From the NCBI GenBank assembly GCA_016870535.1, contig VGBK01000005.1:1-57327 (forward strand): a DNA stretch of 57,327 nt, in the 5' to 3' direction. The translations under genes were made by a program, and so were the position numbers. The notes under the pieces were generated by a model. It had not been told where the DNA came from and searched no databases. It was given only the letters and a program-made list of their open reading frames with translations. Numbering within the stretch: the first letter of the stretch is position 1; every line of letters begins with the position of its first letter. Below are positions 34,398-43,327 of this stretch, one piece after another. The stretch is from Actinomycetota bacterium. GTDB lineage: Bacteria; Actinomycetota; Acidimicrobiia; Spongiisociales; UBA11373.

Positions 34398-34733
34398 CTA
34401 CCGACCCCCTTCTTCGAGGCTCGACGCCGGCGCTACTCCGGCGGCGGCGCTCCGCTTCGCTCTTCTCTTGGGGTTTGCTCGTCCGTAGGTTGACCCGGGC
34501 GGCCCGTCTCCGGAACGGCCGTCCGCTCGGGTGGCTCATCGGCAGGATCACCGCCGACCTTCACCCTCTCGCGACCGCTCCTGCTACCCGGCCGGCACGG
34601 GCCGGCCGGGGACACTGTACCCCCGCCGGCCGGGAGTTCGCGGGCGCTCCCTCCCGCCACCCGCCACCGCATGACAGACCGTTGCCGCACCGACTACGCT
34701 ATGTGGCCGGGCGGTGCTGGGGAAGGCGGAGGC

Positions 34734-35348
34734 ATGGACTTCAGGGAACTCGAGGAGACCCTCGCCCGGTTGCCCTCGGTGCACGCGGTGCGGGTGAGCG
34801 GCGACCGCTCCCGGGTGCGCGAGGTCCACGTGCTCGCCGCCCCCGACAAGGCGGCCAAGCAGGTAGTCCGCGACGTGCAGACGCTGGCCCTGGCCCGCTT
34901 CGGGGTAGACCTGGACCGCCGCATCATCTCGGTGGTGCAGATCGGGCCGGACCGCATCCGTCCCGAGGAGGACCGCCCGGCCATCCTCGGGGTGCACGAG
35001 ATCCCCGAAGGGGCCCGCACCACGGTGGCGGTGTCCCTGCGCTGGCACGGAGAGGAGTACTCCGGCACGGCCACCGGGCCGGCCGCCGCCTCCGCTCGAC
35101 TGCGCCTGGTGGGCGAGGCGGCCCTTCGAGCGGTGGAGCGCATCGTGGGCGACGAGGCCCTGGCGCTCGACGCCGTCGGCGCCCCGGCAGTAGGGATGCG
35201 CCGGGTGATCGTGGTGGTGGTGCTCAGCACCGGGTCGCGCGGCGAGGCGGTGGCAGTGGGGTCCGCGCTGAGCCAGGGAGACGACGCCGAGGCCACGGTG
35301 CGCGCCGTGCTCGACGCCCTCAACCGCCGCATCGTTCGCCCCGACTGA
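34734..35348 (+). CDS. Conserved hypothetical protein (EVHVLA...KQVVRDVQ...ISVVQ N-domain; C-terminus resembling the LeuA allosteric domain)
   Basis: 204 aa with GGAAGG RBS; ends ATVRAVLDALNRR; TACGCT -10 at 34695-34700. Confidence 0.82.
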   Translation: MDFRELEETLARLPSVHAVRVSGDRSRVREVHVLAAPDKAAKQVVRDVQTLALARFGVDLDRRIISVVQIGPDRIRPEEDRPAILGVHEIPEGARTTVAVSLRWHGEEYSGTATGPAAASARLRLVGEAALRAVERIVGDEALALDAVGAPAVGMRRVIVVVVLSTGSRGEAVAVGSALSQGDDAEATVRAVLDALNRRIVRPD

Positions 35349-35375
35349 GGCCCGCCTTCGCTAGGTTGGGCGGCC

Positions 35376-36980
35376 GTGCCCTTCCCGGTGCCCGCTCCCT
35401 CCCGCCCCGCCGTCTCCGCCGTAACCGGTCGAGGCGGAGTGGCGGTGACCCCGCACCACCTGGCCACCGCCGCCGCCGTGGAGATGCTGGCGGCCGGGGG
35501 GAATGCCGCCGACGCGGCGATCGCCGCCAACGCCGTGCAGGGCATGGTCGACCCCACCACCTGCGGGCCGGGAGGCGATCTCTTCGCCCTGGTGCACCGG
35601 CCCGGGGCTTCCGTCCCGGACGCCCTCAACGCCTCCGGCCGGGCCGGATCGGGGTTGAGCGCCTCCGCGCTGCGAGTCGCCGGCCACGCTCGGGTTCCGC
35701 ATGACGCCCCCGAAGCGGTGACGGTGCCCGGCTGCGTGGATGGCTGGCTGGCCCTGGCGACCCGGCACGGCAGCCTGCCGCTCACCGCCTTGCTCGCCCC
35801 CGCCATCCGCCTGGGCGAGGAGGGCTTCCCCGTCTCCGCCGACCTGGCCGACGCCCTCGCGCGGCTTCACCCCAGGCTGGCGGCACAGCCTTCGGCATCC
35901 GACCTCTACCCCGCCGGGCTCCCGGCCCGCACGGGCACCACCCTGCGCCGCCCGCTCCTGGCGGCCACCCTGCGGTCCATCGGCGACGGAGGCCGCGAGG
36001 CCTTCTACGGAGGAGAGCCCGGCATCGCCCTCACTGCGGTGACCGGCGGCGGCATCAACGCCGCCGATTTCGCCCGGTCTCAGGCCGAGTGGATGCCACC
36101 CATCGGCCTGGACGTCTTCGGCCGGCGCTTCTGGACGGTGCCGCCCAACAGCCAGGGCTACCTGACCGGGGCGGCCTCCTGGCTCCTGGAGCGGGCTCTC
36201 CGCTGCGCCGATCCGGGCGAGGCCGCCTTCCACCATGCCGTGATCGAGTGCTACCGGGCGGTGGCCGCCGAAGGCGACCACCTGGTGGCCGACCCGGGGC
36301 ACCTGCCCCTGCCTGCCGAGCGCCTCCTGGAACCCGAGCGGCTTCGCTCCCTCCTCGCCTCGATCCGCCCCGATCGCGCCGCCCACCATCCCCCACCCTC
36401 GCCCGAGCCCGGAGGTACCGCCTACCTGGCGGTGCTCGACGCCGCCGGCATGGGGGTCTCGCTCATCCAGTCCAACTTCACCGGCATCGGCAGCGGACTG
36501 GCGGCCGGAGCCACCGGCGTCTGGCTCCACAACCGGGGCGCCTGCTTCACTCTGCAGCCCGGCCACCCGAACGAGGCGGGGCCGGGGAAGCGCCCCCGGC
36601 ACACCCTCTCTCCCACCTTGTGGACCCGGGAGGGGCACCTCGCCCTGCTGCTGGGCACCCGGGGCGGCTACCAGCAACCCCAGTACCTGCTGCAGGCGGC
36701 GGCTCTGCTGTTCGCCGCCGGGCTGTCCCCGGCCGAGGCCCAGGCCCACCCGCGTTGGCACCTCGAGAGCGGGCCGGGAACCGGGTCACTCGTCGTCGCG
36801 GAATCCCGGATGCCGGAAGATCTCGTCGCCGGGCTGCGCCGTCTGGGGCACCCGGTGGCCGCGGGCCCGGCCCTGGCCCCCGGCTGGGGTCCGGTTTCCA
36901 TGATCGCGGTCGCCGCCGACGGGACTCGCACCGCGGCCGCCGACCCCCGCGTGGCGACGGCGCAGGCCGCCGCCCACTGA
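35376..36980 (+). CDS. Gamma-glutamyltransferase family protein (cytoplasmic YwrD-type)
   Basis: GGNAADAAIA, GPGGDLF, LNASG, PPNSQG, GGTAYL (Thr nucleophile), PGKRPRHTLSP. Confidence 0.92.
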   Translation: MPFPVPAPSRPAVSAVTGRGGVAVTPHHLATAAAVEMLAAGGNAADAAIAANAVQGMVDPTTCGPGGDLFALVHRPGASVPDALNASGRAGSGLSASALRVAGHARVPHDAPEAVTVPGCVDGWLALATRHGSLPLTALLAPAIRLGEEGFPVSADLADALARLHPRLAAQPSASDLYPAGLPARTGTTLRRPLLAATLRSIGDGGREAFYGGEPGIALTAVTGGGINAADFARSQAEWMPPIGLDVFGRRFWTVPPNSQGYLTGAASWLLERALRCADPGEAAFHHAVIECYRAVAAEGDHLVADPGHLPLPAERLLEPERLRSLLASIRPDRAAHHPPPSPEPGGTAYLAVLDAAGMGVSLIQSNFTGIGSGLAAGATGVWLHNRGACFTLQPGHPNEAGPGKRPRHTLSPTLWTREGHLALLLGTRGGYQQPQYLLQAAALLFAAGLSPAEAQAHPRWHLESGPGTGSLVVAESRMPEDLVAGLRRLGHPVAAGPALAPGWGPVSMIAVAADGTRTAAADPRVATAQAAAH

Positions 36981-37937
36981 GGGCCGCACCGCCGCGCCCC
37001 CACCGTCGCCCGGGCCGTCCGCCGCGGGCGCCAGAGCCAGTCGGCGCAGCGCCATCTCCGCCTGCAGCCGCGAGCGCCGACCCATCCAGGCGAAGCCGAC
37101 CGCCGCCGCCAGCAGGACCGCGGTCGCCGCCACGCCGGCAATCCACCCCTTGGATCCCCCGGGAATGGCCCCCGACTCGTCGAAGAGGGCCTGTCGCCAG
37201 CCCTCGTCGAGAGCCGCCAGACGGTCCGGATCTGGAGAGGCCAGGTAGCCCGCCCCCTCGGCGGCCACCACGAAGGAGGTGAAGTCCCCCGCTCCCCCGT
37301 AGCCGAACTCCGGACGCCACAGGATGGGATCGGCCAGGGTGCTGATGGCCCAGGGGAACGGGGGCCACGGCTCCCGCAGCCCGATGTTCTGCCTGAGGAA
37401 GATGCTGTGGATGGCCTCGGTGGTGCCGTCCAGCCGGCCGAGGTACCAGCCGATGACGTCGTCGGCGAAGGGCTGCGGGTAGTCGCCGCCGCTCGCCCGC
37501 CAGAGGGCGATGTGGATCAGTCCCACGACCCCGGCATCCTGCAGGTAGCGGGTCATCCAGGCGGAGACGGCCACCGCCCCCAACTCCCCAAAAGCCACCG
37601 CGCGCAGCGGGTGGTCCGAGTACCAGCCCAGCGCCTCCGCATCGAGGGCTATCTCGTCGGCGAACAGACAGACCTCCACCCCGTCCAGAGGTCCGATGTC
37701 GGCCTCCAGCCACTGCACGATCAACGAGAACTCGCCGGCGAAGCGCTCGGTCATCTCGACGTTCACCCCCGCGCCGCGCACCACCACCGGCCCGGTGCGG
37801 GCGGCGGTGTCGAAGGCCGCCTCCGGGAAAGCCGCGGCGCAGCCGCCCGGCCGGAACGGCCTGCCGGCCTGGGCAACTGCCGGTACCGCGACGAGGATCA
37901 GCCCGAGCAGGGTGAGCAGGGGAAGGAGCCGGCGCAT
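36786..37937 (-). CDS. Hypothetical exported, C-terminally anchored protein
   Basis: Signal peptide MRRLLPLLTLLGLILVAVPAVAQA and TM WIAGVAATAVLLAAAVGFAW; tail overlaps the GGT 3' end. Confidence 0.72.
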   Translation of the reverse strand: MRRLLPLLTLLGLILVAVPAVAQAGRPFRPGGCAAAFPEAAFDTAARTGPVVVRGAGVNVEMTERFAGEFSLIVQWLEADIGPLDGVEVCLFADEIALDAEALGWYSDHPLRAVAFGELGAVAVSAWMTRYLQDAGVVGLIHIALWRASGGDYPQPFADDVIGWYLGRLDGTTEAIHSIFLRQNIGLREPWPPFPWAISTLADPILWRPEFGYGGAGDFTSFVVAAEGAGYLASPDPDRLAALDEGWRQALFDESGAIPGGSKGWIAGVAATAVLLAAAVGFAWMGRRSRLQAEMALRRLALAPAADGPGDGGGAAVRPSVGGGLRRRHAGVGGRGASPVGGDRDHGNRTPAGGQGRARGHRVPQTAQPGDEIFRHPGFRDDE

Positions 37938-38018
37938 GTGGATCTCCGACTGGGTCACCCGTCATGCTACCGGTCCCGCGCCCGCGCCTCCGGGGTACAC
38001 TCGTGCCTGGAGGCTCCG

Positions 38019-38363
38019 ATGAAGAAACTGCTTCGCTTCCTGCTGTTCGTCGCCGTGATCGCCGGGGTGGTCGCGGCCGTCTCCCGAATCCGCGAGCGCC
38101 TGGCGGCTCCGGTGCGCCTGGGATCACCGGAGACGCCCGCCGGGGAGCCGCCTGCGTCCTCCGCGCCCCTCCCCGCCGCCGGCGACCTGGCTGCGATCAA
38201 GGGCATCGGCCCGGTCTACCGGGCGCGCCTCGAGGAGGCCGGCCTGGCGACCTTCGCCGCTCTGGCGGCGGCACCACCGGCCCGGGTCGCCGCCGCCGCC
38301 GGGATTCCAGCCGCACGCGCCGCCGACTGGATCGCTCAAGCCGCGGCTCTCGGCGGCGACTGA
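38019..38363 (+). CDS. Membrane-anchored helix-hairpin-helix domain protein
   Basis: N-terminal TM, Pro linker, DLAAIKGIGP..ARLEEAG..TFAALA..WIAQA; GGAGG RBS and TACACT -10. Confidence 0.82.
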   Translation: MKKLLRFLLFVAVIAGVVAAVSRIRERLAAPVRLGSPETPAGEPPASSAPLPAAGDLAAIKGIGPVYRARLEEAGLATFAALAAAPPARVAAAAGIPAARAADWIAQAAALGGD

Positions 38364-38370
38364 CCGCCCG

Positions 38371-39402
38371 GTGCCCTACCTCACCCCGCCCGAAGACCTG
38401 GGGTCGCTGTTCCCTGAGGAGCCTGCCTACCGGGTGCGCCAGCTCCGGCGCTGGCTGTACCGCACGCCGGTGCTCACCGCCGATGCCATGACCTCCCTGC
38501 CGGCGGCGCTCCGCCCTCGCCTCGAGCCCCTCTGGCCCTTCGCCGTCGAAGCCGAGCAGGCGGGCGACCGGGGAAGCACGGTGAAGTGGCTGCTGCGCGC
38601 CCCCGACGGTGCCTCGTACGAGGCGGTTCTGATGGCCTACCCCCGCCGCACCACGCTCTGCCTGTCGAGCCAGGCGGGCTGCGCCATGGGATGCAGCTTC
38701 TGCGCCACCGGTCAGTTCGGTTTCGAACGCCACCTGCAGGCCGGCGAGATGGTGGCCCAGGCCGCCTACGCCGCCGCCCGCCTGCGGGCCCGGCCCCTGC
38801 CCGGCGGGCCGGACCGCCTGGGGAACGTCGTCTTCATGGGCATGGGCGAGCCGCTGGCCAACTACGAGAACCTCCGGGAGGCGCTGCGCCGCCTCGTCGA
38901 GGAGATGGGCCTCTCGGGACGAGCCATCACGGTGTCGACCGTGGGCGTGATCCCGGGGATGCTGCGCCTCGCCGCGGAACCGTGGCCGGTCACCCTGGCG
39001 CTGAGCCTCCACGCCGCCGACGACGACACCCGGGCCGCCCTGGTGCCCCTGGCCCGCCGCTACCCCATCGACGACCTGGTGGAGGCGGCGCGGCGCTTCT
39101 CCGCCGGGCGAGGCCGGCGGGTGACTCTGGAGTGGACGCTGATCTCCGGGGTGAACGACACCCCGGAACAGGCGCGCGGCCTGGCCGCCATCGCCGTAGA
39201 ACTGCGCGCCCACGCCAACGTCATACCGCTGAACCCCACCCCGGCCTCCCGCCACCGCGCCCCGCCGCCGGAGCGGGTCCGCGCCTTCGTGGAACAGGTC
39301 AGGCGCGCCGGGGCGAATGTCACCCAGCGCGACACCCGCGGTCGCGGGATCGACGCCGCCTGCGGCCAACTGCGCTCGCGCCGGGCCGAGGAAACGCCCT
39401 AA
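38371..39402 (+). CDS. rlmN: 23S rRNA A2503 / tRNA A37 C2-methyltransferase (radical SAM)
   Basis: CLSSQAGCAMGCSFC, MGMGEP, SLHA, IDAACGQL. Confidence 0.96.
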   Translation: MPYLTPPEDLGSLFPEEPAYRVRQLRRWLYRTPVLTADAMTSLPAALRPRLEPLWPFAVEAEQAGDRGSTVKWLLRAPDGASYEAVLMAYPRRTTLCLSSQAGCAMGCSFCATGQFGFERHLQAGEMVAQAAYAAARLRARPLPGGPDRLGNVVFMGMGEPLANYENLREALRRLVEEMGLSGRAITVSTVGVIPGMLRLAAEPWPVTLALSLHAADDDTRAALVPLARRYPIDDLVEAARRFSAGRGRRVTLEWTLISGVNDTPEQARGLAAIAVELRAHANVIPLNPTPASRHRAPPPERVRAFVEQVRRAGANVTQRDTRGRGIDAACGQLRSRRAEETP

Positions 39403-39525
39403 GGGGGCTAGCGGATAGGCGGTGGGCTTCGCCCGCCGTCTGGTCTGTTCCGCCCGAAGAAGCTGCGCCTTCGGGCGGGGGTCCGGCGGATGGGGCTCGC
39501 TCCGCTCGCCCAATCAGCGCGGCCC
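39403..39525. terminator. Multi-hairpin element between convergent genes (bidirectional terminator or REP-like)
   Basis: Perfect 10-bp stem ccgcccgaag/cttcgggcgg plus flanking hairpins. Confidence 0.45.
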
Positions 39526-40296
39526 CTAACCCGCCGCGAAGAGGAACTCCAGAGGGCGCCACACCCGGGCCGCCCAGGCGTCTTCGAAGTGCTCCGCGGC
39601 CGGGTCCACCACCACGTCGAGGCCTTTCCCCCGCCGGAAGCCCTTCGCCTCGAGCACGGCGAGCATGCCTTCCAGCCCGGGTTGGAGTTCGGCGTCCAGT
39701 CCCACTCCACCGTTGTCGAGGTAGAGGCGGAAAGGCCGGTCCGGCCAGGCCGCATCCGCCACCCCGGCGCACAGGCCCGGCGAGAAAGCCGGCGAGAGGC
39801 ACCCGGCGCCGCCGAAGGTCTCCCCGCAGTGGTAGAGGGCCAGGAAGGAGATGAGGCCTCCCATGGAGGAGCCCATCACCATCGTGGACTCCCGGCCGGG
39901 GAGCGTCGGGTAGCGGGCGTCGATCAGAGGCTTCAGCCCTTCGACCAGGAATCTCAGGTAGGCCCGGCCGGCGCTCCCCTCCCCGTACTCCTCCCGCCGC
40001 TCGGCGGTGCACTCGGCGCCCACGACGAGGATGGGCGGGATGCGGCCCGCCGCGATGAGCCCGGCCGCCACTTCGTCCACCTGCCAGTCGGCCCCGAACG
40101 ACGCCGTACGCGGGTCGACCAGGTTCTGGCCGTCGTGCATGTAGACGACGGGATGGGCCGTGCCGGCGTCGTAGCCGGGGGGCCGCCACACGAAGACGCG
40201 GCGCTCCCGGATGCCCGGAGCGGGGAACATGCCGAGTTCGTCGATGCGGCCCACGACGTCGGAGCGGCCCGTGGGCAGAAAGGGCGAGCCCGGCAT
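39526..40296 (-). CDS. Alpha/beta hydrolase (putative esterase, COG2819-like)
   Basis: PVVYMHDGQN, GSSMGG, H.EDAWAAR; TACGCT 7 nt before ATG 40296. Confidence 0.88.
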   Translation of the reverse strand: MPGSPFLPTGRSDVVGRIDELGMFPAPGIRERRVFVWRPPGYDAGTAHPVVYMHDGQNLVDPRTASFGADWQVDEVAAGLIAAGRIPPILVVGAECTAERREEYGEGSAGRAYLRFLVEGLKPLIDARYPTLPGRESTMVMGSSMGGLISFLALYHCGETFGGAGCLSPAFSPGLCAGVADAAWPDRPFRLYLDNGGVGLDAELQPGLEGMLAVLEAKGFRRGKGLDVVVDPAAEHFEDAWAARVWRPLEFLFAAG

Positions 40297-40398
40297 GGCC
40301 GCCAGCGTACCGGCGCCGCGACGGCCCCGTCTTCGACGCCTTCCCGCCGACCGACGACCACTACTCCGAACCGCCGTTATCATCCCCGAGCCGCAGTC

Positions 40399-42195
40399 AT
40401 GTCGAAGCCCCTCCGCATCACCCTCATCGCTGCCTCGGTGCCCGTCGCCCTGGCCCTGCTCGTGGGCCTGGGGTTCGCCGGGGATCGCCTGAGCAACGGC
40501 GGCCAGGTGCTGGGCCGGGTGACCGTGGCCGACGTCGATTTGGGCGACCTCAGCCGGGGGGACGCCCTGGCAGCCGTCCGCCGGCTGGAAGACCGCCTGG
40601 CGGCCACCCCGGTGCCGGTCACCGTCGCCGGCCGCAGTTTCGCCCTCGACCCGAGGGCAGTCTCCTTCGACATCGATGAGGTAGCCATCGTCGACCGCGC
40701 CATGGAGCCGGGGCGCGAGGGGCACCTGGGCAACCAGTTCGTCTGGTGGGTGCGCCACTTCTTCGACCGGGAAGTCCTCCCCCTGGACCTCCCGTACAGC
40801 TACGACGAGGCCGCCCTCGCCGAGATCATCGCCGCCTGGGAGGTGGAAGGCATCGACCATCCTCCCTTCCCCGGAGAGGTGGCGGTGGCCGACGGCCGGG
40901 TCGTCTTCCGCTACCCGGAGGCCGGGGTAGGCATCGAGCGCGACCCGGCCGCCGCCCTGCTCGGAACCGCCCTGGGCGACCCCGACCGGCGTGGCGTCGA
41001 TTTGCCCAGCCGCCCGCTCACTCCCCCGCTCACCGAGGCCGACATCGACGCCGTGATCGCCGAGGCACAGGGCCTGATCGGTGACGGCGTCAGCCTGATC
41101 AGCGCCCCGACGGAGGACCGGCTGACCATCCCACCCGCCGTACTCGGCCGCTCGCTCTCCGTGGCCCGCGACGACGCCGTCTCCCCTCCCGTATTCACCT
41201 TCTCCTGGGACCCGGAACCGCTGCAGGCCTTCCTCGAGCCCCATATGGCGCGACTCTCCACCGAGCCGGTGAATGCCGAACTGATCATCGACGTCGAGAC
41301 GGACGAAGTCACCATCATCCCCAGCGTGGCCACTCAGGAACCCGACCCCGAAGCCCTCGCCGCCGAGGTGGACCAGGCTGCCCGGTCGCCCCGGCGCACC
41401 TCCGATCTGGCTTACCGGGAAGGGGCCGAGCCCGAAGTCACCACCGCCGACATAGAGGCCCTCGGCATCACCGGGCTCATCGGCGAGTTCACCACCCCCC
41501 ACAACTGCTGCGAGGCCCGGGTCACCAACATCCAACTGATCGCCCGCGCCACCGACGGCGCCATGGTGATGCCGGGGGAGGTCTTCTCGCTCAACGCTCA
41601 TGTGGGACAGCGCACCTCGGCCAAGGGCTACGTCCCCGCCCCGGCGATCATCAAAGGGGTCCTGGAGTGCTGCGACAGCATCATCAACATCGGCGGGGGG
41701 ACCAGCCAGTGGACCACCACCCTGTACAACGCCGCCTTCTTCGCCGGCCTCGAGGACGTCGCCCACACCCCGCATTCCACCTGGATCTCACGCTATCCCG
41801 AGGGTCGTGAGGCCACTCTCGGGTGGCTCGAGCCCGACCTCAAGTTCCGCAACAACACCGGGAACGCCATCGTCATCCGCGCCACCTACACCGACACCTC
41901 GGTGACGGCCAAGATCTACGGGGACAACGGCGGGCTGCAGGTGGAGGCCGGCCTCTCGAACCGCTACAACTTCTCCGGCATCCGCACCCGCCGCGAAGCC
42001 AACCCCGACCTCCCCTGCGACACCGAGCGGGTGAAGTCGGCCGGATCGGGAGGGTGGTCGGTGGACTACTACCGCTACATCACTAATCCCCTTGGGGAAC
42101 AGACCACCGAGAAGTGGACCTGGCACTACACCGGCCTGTTCGAGGTCATCGAATTCGGCCCCAAGTGCCCCACCCCGCCCCCCACGGAGCCCTGA
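40399..42195 (+). CDS. VanW family protein with peptidoglycan-binding (PG_binding_4) domains
   Basis: N-terminal TM; RVTNIQL, PGEVFSLN, GGGTSQWTTTLYNA, YPEGREAT, DLKFRNNT; start ATG 40399. Confidence 0.88.
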   Translation: MSKPLRITLIAASVPVALALLVGLGFAGDRLSNGGQVLGRVTVADVDLGDLSRGDALAAVRRLEDRLAATPVPVTVAGRSFALDPRAVSFDIDEVAIVDRAMEPGREGHLGNQFVWWVRHFFDREVLPLDLPYSYDEAALAEIIAAWEVEGIDHPPFPGEVAVADGRVVFRYPEAGVGIERDPAAALLGTALGDPDRRGVDLPSRPLTPPLTEADIDAVIAEAQGLIGDGVSLISAPTEDRLTIPPAVLGRSLSVARDDAVSPPVFTFSWDPEPLQAFLEPHMARLSTEPVNAELIIDVETDEVTIIPSVATQEPDPEALAAEVDQAARSPRRTSDLAYREGAEPEVTTADIEALGITGLIGEFTTPHNCCEARVTNIQLIARATDGAMVMPGEVFSLNAHVGQRTSAKGYVPAPAIIKGVLECCDSIINIGGGTSQWTTTLYNAAFFAGLEDVAHTPHSTWISRYPEGREATLGWLEPDLKFRNNTGNAIVIRATYTDTSVTAKIYGDNGGLQVEAGLSNRYNFSGIRTRREANPDLPCDTERVKSAGSGGWSVDYYRYITNPLGEQTTEKWTWHYTGLFEVIEFGPKCPTPPPTEP

Positions 42196-42219
42196 CCGCC
42201 GGCACCGGGGTGGCCCGCC

Positions 42220-43224
42220 TCACCAGCGCAGCAGGAACGACCCCCAGGTGAAGCCGCTCCCGAAGGCGGCGCCGCAGACCACCATCCCCTCGCGGAGGAG
42301 TCCCGCCTTCAGAGCTTCGTGGAGGCCCAGAGGGATGGTGGCCGCGGTGGTGTTGGCGAAGCGGTCGATGGTGTTGAACACCCGCTCCGGAAGCAGGCCG
42401 AGCCGCTCGGTGACCGCCTCGTTGATGCGCAGGTTGGCCTGGTGGAAGAGGAACAGGTCCACGTCGTCCACCCCCAGACCATTGGCCGCCAGCGACTCCA
42501 CCACTGCCTCGGCCATGCGCTTCACCGCGTTGACGTACACCGCCCGGCCGTTCATCTGCGGGAAGTGCAGCCGGCGCTCCAGCAGGTCGGCCGACATGAA
42601 CCGCTCGTAGGCCATGCCCGGAGCGGGCAGCCACAGGTCCCCGGCCCCGGACCCGTCGGCGTGCAAGTGGGTGCTGAGGATGCCGGGAGCGGCGGGATCG
42701 TCGGTTTCGCCGGCTTCGAGGACCACCGCCCCGGCCCCGTCGCCGAAGAGCACGGCCACGTCGCGACCTGTGGTGGAGATGTCGAGCCCCTTGGAATGCA
42801 CCTCGGCTCCCACCACCAGAATGCGCCGGGCGAATCCGGTGCGCAGGTACTGGTCGGCGATCGAGACGGCGTAGACGAACCCGGTGCACTGCTGGCGCAC
42901 GTCGAGGGCGGGCTGTCCGGAGACCCCCAGCTTGGCCTGCAGGAAGCACGCCGTCCCCGGGAACTCGTGGTCGGGGCTCAGGGTGGCCAGGATGACCATG
43001 TCGAGGTCCGACCCCGAGAGGCCGGCGTCGGCCAGGGCTTCTTGCGAGGCCTCCAGGGCCAGGTCGGAGGTGGTGACGTCGGGGGCTACCCAGCGGCGCT
43101 CCCGGATGCCGGTGCGCTGCACGATCCACTCATCGGAGGTGTCCATGACCGCGGCCAGATCGTCGTTGCCGACCACCCGCGGCGGCAGGCACGAGCCCAC
43201 CCCGGTGATGCGCGCCCTGATCAC
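42220..43224 (-). CDS. fabH: 3-oxoacyl-ACP synthase III
   Basis: DTSDEWIVQRTGI, QCTGF, FGDGAGA, HQAN, ANTT (Cys-His-Asn triad). Confidence 0.93.
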   Translation of the reverse strand: MIRARITGVGSCLPPRVVGNDDLAAVMDTSDEWIVQRTGIRERRWVAPDVTTSDLALEASQEALADAGLSGSDLDMVILATLSPDHEFPGTACFLQAKLGVSGQPALDVRQQCTGFVYAVSIADQYLRTGFARRILVVGAEVHSKGLDISTTGRDVAVLFGDGAGAVVLEAGETDDPAAPGILSTHLHADGSGAGDLWLPAPGMAYERFMSADLLERRLHFPQMNGRAVYVNAVKRMAEAVVESLAANGLGVDDVDLFLFHQANLRINEAVTERLGLLPERVFNTIDRFANTTAATIPLGLHEALKAGLLREGMVVCGAAFGSGFTWGSFLLRW

Positions 43225-43327
43225 TCAGTCCTCCCGTCGGTGACGCCGGGAGGGTAGCCGTCGCCACCTGCCTCCGGGAGAGGCGGCCCTCGGTAGTTAC
43301 CATCGCCGGGCGCGACCAGGAGGCGGC

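Noticed and set aside
34315-34551. 78-aa Arg-rich ORF as a single real protein
   Set aside because: The N-terminal part uses rare CGA/AGA codons and looks out of frame; only the last 14 or so codons look meaningful
39490-41775. 901-aa and 749-aa ORFs as large fusion proteins
   Set aside because: They are upstream extensions of the VanW and esterase genes across each other's antisense strand; true starts are 40399 and 40296
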